A stretch of 63,971 bases of DNA, the filler included, from Octopus bimaculoides (taxonomy: Eukaryota): the NCBI RefSeq assembly GCF_001194135.2. It is 6 parts of 6 records of this genome, joined end to end, with 100 filler letters (N's around TTAATTAATTAA, not from the genome) between each part and the next. Parts side by side here need not be neighbours in the genome. Positions count along the whole stretch, not along the records: positions 62,697 to 63,971 come from NW_026337128.1; 5 more parts are not named here. One strand, 5' to 3'. Every line of letters begins with the position of its first letter. Position 1 is the stretch's first letter. This document shows positions 63,968-63,971 of the stretch, piece after piece. The notes under the pieces were generated by a model. It did no database searches. It was not told the origin of the DNA and saw only the letters and a program-made list of their open reading frames with translations. The translations under genes and the position numbers were made by a program.

Positions 63968-63971
63968 ATAT

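Overview
Repeat-dense eukaryotic draft DNA. The SINE/LINE repertoire and microsatellite load point to an octopus (cephalopod) genome; this is an inference from recognised repeat motifs, not a database hit. The window is not one contiguous locus: five ~100-bp spacers (about 44 N + TTAATTAATTAA + about 44 N) join six assembly pieces. I found no confidently supported host protein-coding gene, tRNA or rRNA, and most listed ORFs are microsatellite or gap artefacts. Supported content: several tRNA-derived SINE families (some with exact TSDs), nested RTE LINEs, CR1/L2-like and R4-like LINE fragments, mariner (DD34D) and maT (DD37D) relics, a hAT transposase fossil, a Helentron-like element, and a Penelope-like RT plus GIY-YIG ORF. 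The main hidden signal is a set of small type I hammerhead ribozymes with palindromic stem III (the dimer-cleaving type associated with Penelope-like elements and retrozymes). One copy is fully canonical (55952-56039), two form a tandem pair with complementary lesions (62801-62869, 63323-63392), and four more are variant or decayed. Other oddities include a 42-bp hairpin with an 8-bp TSD and an unidentified exon-like frame with two stops.
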